Shown: positions 60,900-64,000 of the stretch, in pieces
Position numbering within the stretch: position 1 is the stretch's first letter
Layout of the letters: each line of letters starts with the position of its first letter
Source of the DNA: Sphingomicrobium sp.
Lineage (GTDB): Bacteria; Pseudomonadota; Alphaproteobacteria; Sphingomonadales; Sphingomonadaceae
DNA: 64,000 bases
NCBI GenBank assembly: GCA_036563485.1
Contig: DATCMI010000001.1
Location: forward strand, 516,938-580,937
Direction of reading: 5' to 3'
Position numbers and translations under genes: made by a program
The notes under the pieces: generated by a model
The model's input: only the letters and a program-made list of their open reading frames with translations
What the model was told of the DNA's origin: nothing
Databases searched by the model: none

Positions 60900-61277
60900 T
60901 CACCCCAGCAGTCGGGCCAGCGCCTCTTCGACCTGGCCCATCGTATATGGTTTCTGCAGCCGTGGGACGGCCTCCCACTTTTCCGGCAGCTGCCAGTCCG
61001 CATAACCGCTCGTGAAAACGAACGGCACGTTTTTGGCGTCGAGGATGTCGCAAATGGCATAGCTGCGGTCGCCGCGGATCCGTACGTCCATCAGCGCCGC
61101 ATCGAACTCTTCGCCTTCGGCAAGCTCCCGCGCCGCGGCCATGTTCGGGGCCGGCCCGATCACTTCGCAGCCGAGCTCTTCGAGGATGTCGACCGTGAAC
61201 GGCGCGACCACGGGCGAATCCTCGACCACGAGGATGCGCTTGCCCTTCAGTGATGCCCCGCCTTCGTCGTGAGCCAT
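60900..61277 (-). CDS. Single-domain response regulator with a PFxFATGY-like motif (PFVFTSGY)
   Basis: ILVVEDSPVV, ALMDVRIRGD and VPFVFTSGYAD. The motif resembles the one described for SdrG-type single-domain regulators of the alphaproteobacterial general stress response. Confidence 0.85.
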   Translation of the reverse strand: MAHDEGGASLKGKRILVVEDSPVVAPFTVDILEELGCEVIGPAPNMAAARELAEGEEFDAALMDVRIRGDRSYAICDILDAKNVPFVFTSGYADWQLPEKWEAVPRLQKPYTMGQVEEALARLLG

Positions 61278-61278
61278 C

Positions 61279-62085
61279 CTAATGGACGAACCTCGCGACC
61301 ACATCGCGATAGGAACGCGACACCTTCACCTGCGCCCCTGAATCGAGGACCAGGAAGCATTCGCCATTGGTATGCGGCTTCACTTGGCGGACCAGGTCGA
61401 GATTGACGATGGTCGAGCGATGGACGCGCTGGAAGCGGCGCGGGTCCAGCCGCTTTTCAAGGTCCTTCATTGTTTCGCGGAGGATCAAGGTATTCTCGCC
61501 CGTCTGGATGCACATGTAATCGCCGGCGGCGTCGATCCGCTCGATCGTGTCGACGTCTACGCGGAAGATCTGCCCCTGGTCCTTGATGTTGATCATCTTC
61601 TCGTAGCGGTTGGCGGCGGGGGCGTTGTCGGGCGTGGCGTCAGCCAGTTCCTCCGCGGCTTCCGGCGCATGTTCTGCCAGCGCTTCCTTCAGGCGCTCCG
61701 CTTCTTCGGCGCTGCGCTTTTCCAGAAGCCGCTGGCGCACCCGGTCCATGGTCCCGGCGAGCCGGTCCTCGTCGACCGGCTTCATCAGATAATCGACTGC
61801 CTGCGCGTCGAAGGCGCGGAGCGCATGGTCGCCGTACGCGGTGACGAAGACGAACAAGGGCAGCTCGACGTCCATCAGCCCCTGGATGACCGAAAAGCCG
61901 TCGAAGCCCGGCATCTGGATGTCGAGGAATACCAGGTCGGGCTTGTGGGTCTTGATCTGGCGGATCGCCTCGCGCCCGTTCGCCGCGGTCGCAACGACTT
62001 CGATGTCGTCAAAGGCCTGCAGCCGCAGCTGCAAACCCTGGGTCGCCAGGGGCTCGTCATCGACCAGAATGGTCCGGATTGTCAT
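61279..62085 (-). CDS. LytR/AlgR family response regulator (receiver plus LytTR DNA-binding domain)
   Basis: ILVDDEPLA, LVFLDIQMPGFDG, and a C-terminal LytTR region (FQRVHRSTIVNLDLV). Internal ATG at 62085. Confidence 0.92.
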   Translation of the reverse strand: MTIRTILVDDEPLATQGLQLRLQAFDDIEVVATAANGREAIRQIKTHKPDLVFLDIQMPGFDGFSVIQGLMDVELPLFVFVTAYGDHALRAFDAQAVDYLMKPVDEDRLAGTMDRVRQRLLEKRSAEEAERLKEALAEHAPEAAEELADATPDNAPAANRYEKMINIKDQGQIFRVDVDTIERIDAAGDYMCIQTGENTLILRETMKDLEKRLDPRRFQRVHRSTIVNLDLVRQVKPHTNGECFLVLDSGAQVKVSRSYRDVVARFVH

Positions 62086-63254
62086 TGAACATTGTCTCCG
62101 GTGTCGAAGGGAATCTCCAGCACAACGCTGAAACCCCCTCGGTCGTTCTTTTTCGTCTCGAAACGATGCGCGGGGCCATAGGCTTGCGCCAGCCGGTCGC
62201 GGATATTCGCCAGGCCGACGCCCGTCGAAGGACTCGCGGCGATCTCGGTCGCGCTGCCGTCGCCATTGTCGGCAACCTCGATCCTGACCGCCTGCCCTTC
62301 CCGCTTGGCGGTTAGCCAGATGTCGGCGCCGTTCTCGGCCGGCGTCACCGCATATTTGATCGCATTTTCGATCAGCGGCTGGAGCAGCAGCGACGGCAGC
62401 CGAGCGCCGATCGTCTCCGATTCGATCTTGAAATGCGGCCGCAGGCGGTCCTCGAAGCGCATCTTCTCGATCTCGAGATACAGCTTCAGCGTCTCCACCT
62501 CCTGCGCGAGGGTCACCTGCGCCGTCGGCTCGTTCGCCAGCGTGTAGCGGAGAAAGGACGACAGCCGCGCCAGCATCGCGTTCGCCCGCTCGGTCTGCTT
62601 GAGCAGCACCAAGGTCGAGATCGAATTGAGCGTGTTGAACAGGAAATGCGGGTTCAGCTGGTAGCGGAGCATCGCCAGCTGTGCGCTCGACGCCTGGCTC
62701 TCCAGCCGCTCGCGCTGGTCGATCTGCTCTTCCAGCAGAAGGAAGTAGTTGATGCCGTAGTAAAGCGCCGACCAGGCCGCGAGCAGCGCGAAGTCGAGCA
62801 GGATCGCGCCCAGATATTGAGCGCCTTCCGGCTTCACGTCGGGCTTCAGGAAGGTCGCATAGCTCCACGTCTCGATCACCGAAAAGGCGCTCGCCGCGAG
62901 CGCGACGGCGGCCAGCGACACCACAAGCGTCCACACCGGCCGCATCTTGATCAGCCGCCGGAACAGCGACGCCATCAGCAGCGTCAGGGAATAGCCGGTC
63001 ATCGTCAGCAGCAAGGTGTGGACCAGCCACATCCAGCCCATGCTGTTGGCGAAGCCGTTGAGGATACGCAGCGAGAAATATCCGCTCCAGCCGATCGACT
63101 GGAGCACCCAGAAGGCGCGGTTCTTGTCGTCGAAGAAGGGCCGGTCGAGACCCATGCCGCGCGCGATCGGGTCGGCCGGCGACTGGATCTTGGGTGCCGG
63201 GGCCGTCCGCCGCGGCGCATTCACACGGTCGATCGTCGCGCTGTCGGTCGCCAT
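62082..63254 (-). CDS. Sensor histidine kinase, LytS/YehU-type (His_kinase internal region)
   Basis: Four to five N-terminal TM segments, LRYQLNPHFLFNTLNSISTL, and an HATPase_c region (GVGLANIRDRL). ATGA overlap with the LytTR gene. Confidence 0.9.
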   Translation of the reverse strand: MATDSATIDRVNAPRRTAPAPKIQSPADPIARGMGLDRPFFDDKNRAFWVLQSIGWSGYFSLRILNGFANSMGWMWLVHTLLLTMTGYSLTLLMASLFRRLIKMRPVWTLVVSLAAVALAASAFSVIETWSYATFLKPDVKPEGAQYLGAILLDFALLAAWSALYYGINYFLLLEEQIDQRERLESQASSAQLAMLRYQLNPHFLFNTLNSISTLVLLKQTERANAMLARLSSFLRYTLANEPTAQVTLAQEVETLKLYLEIEKMRFEDRLRPHFKIESETIGARLPSLLLQPLIENAIKYAVTPAENGADIWLTAKREGQAVRIEVADNGDGSATEIAASPSTGVGLANIRDRLAQAYGPAHRFETKKNDRGGFSVVLEIPFDTGDNVQ

Positions 63255-63383
63255 CAGCGCTAGCCTATAGAGCCGCTTTCGCGCCTTTGCGAGGCGCCCC
63301 GGCGCGCCAGCAATGCGAAACGGCCTTAACTCCGCTTCAACTCTCTTTGGCTAAGCCGATCCCGCAAGTTGAACGGCGGGCGG

Positions 63384-64000
63384 ATGTACGAAGCTCCTGA
63401 CAGGTATAAGCGCTTGGTTTCGGCCCGCCTTCCCGGCGGCGAATCGGCTGGGCTGACCGCCGCCGCGGAGGGCGAAAGCTCGCCGCTCCGCGACGTGCAG
63501 CTGATTTCCCGGGCCCATCTTGCGACCTTCTTCGCCGCGGCCAACATCGTCGCCGCCCTGATCATGACCGGCAGCCTGTGGGGCTCCGTGCCGACGCCTT
63601 GGCTGATGGGCTGGGCCGGCGCGGTCGCGATCGTCAACATCGGCGCCATGCAGCTGGCTCGAACCCAGGCCATCACCTGCGTCGGCCGCTCGGGCAAGAG
63701 GGTGCCGCTGTGGACGATGGTCGGCGACGTCGCCGCCCGCGCCGCCGTCTGGCTGAGCCTGCCGCTCTACGTCTTCGCGACCCTCCAGCCTGAAACGCAG
63801 ATCATCGCCGCGTCGGTGATGGCCGGTCTCGGCGTCGGCGCTTTGGGCCTGGTCGTCATCCCCGCCTGCGCCACTGCCTGGATGACCGCCTTTACCGCGG
63901 GCGTTGCCGGAGCGCTGTTGCTCGGCCGCCACTCGCTTCCCTTCCCGCACATGGTCTCAATCGTCTTCACGCTCGGCGTGTCGATCTTCGGCGTCCTCAC
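63384..64000 (+). CDS. Partial CDS: N-terminal polytopic membrane domain of an unknown protein that runs off the window
   Basis: The ATG at 63384 opens a frame with no stop to 64000 (MYEAPDRYKRLV... then about five hydrophobic helices). It is absent from the ORF track because it is open-ended. Confidence 0.55.
   Translation, partial: MYEAPDRYKRLVSARLPGGESAGLTAAAEGESSPLRDVQLISRAHLATFFAAANIVAALIMTGSLWGSVPTPWLMGWAGAVAIVNIGAMQLARTQAITCVGRSGKRVPLWTMVGDVAARAAVWLSLPLYVFATLQPETQIIAASVMAGLGVGALGLVVIPACATAWMTAFTAGVAGALLLGRHSLPFPHMVSIVFTLGVSIFGVL

Noticed and set aside
61279-63030. 583-aa ORF that merges the LytTR regulator with upstream sequence
   Set aside because: The N-terminal 315 residues are antisense-frame noise overlapping the histidine kinase gene. 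The receiver domain starts at the ATG at 62085.

Overview
High-GC (about two-thirds G+C by eye, not computed) alphaproteobacterial chromosome segment. Gene content and protein sequences look Sphingomonadaceae-like. It is mostly a housekeeping backbone: purA, fabI, pdxH, mnmA, murA, clpS, gmk, rluC-like, rarD, wecB, rarA, xthA, pspABC, sspB, queG, an RND efflux pair, ABC-2 exporter, TonB-dependent receptor, two CDF transporters, tRNA-Glu(CUC) and tRNA-Thr(UGU). I saw no rRNA, CRISPR array, integrase, transposase or obvious prophage. Many long ORFs in the track are antisense shadow ORFs typical of GC-rich DNA and were discarded, and several track ORFs were shortened to internal starts. Two candidates stand out as poorly described systems. 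(1) At 1684-5438, a divergent cassette centres on an ATP-grasp::PLP-decarboxylase fusion protein, with a cupin/oxygenase-like partner and a transglutaminase-fold-like partner around an AT-rich palindromic promoter. (2) At 31839-34642, a four-gene operon encodes a glutaredoxin-MauE membrane fusion, two small secreted Cys/His/Met-rich proteins and a large secreted beta-barrel-like protein with a His/Gln/Pro/Met-rich N-terminus. A third region (about 56.4-61.3 kb) looks more A/T-rich. It starts at a truncated, frameshifted methyltransferase remnant and carries unknown secreted proteins, a membrane-anchored LuxR-type regulator with a tandemly duplicated periplasmic domain, and extra response regulators. 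Other points: a start-proximal 2-nt frame disruption in wecB, a sigma54-like promoter plus an unannotated 44-codon ORF ahead of pspABC, two EcfG-type (GGAAC-N17-CGTC) promoter candidates, a 2-TM insertion in the RND pump, and a REP/MITE-like inverted repeat that supplies the start of an ABC ATPase gene. All functions come from reading the translated sequences and motifs; no database search was run.
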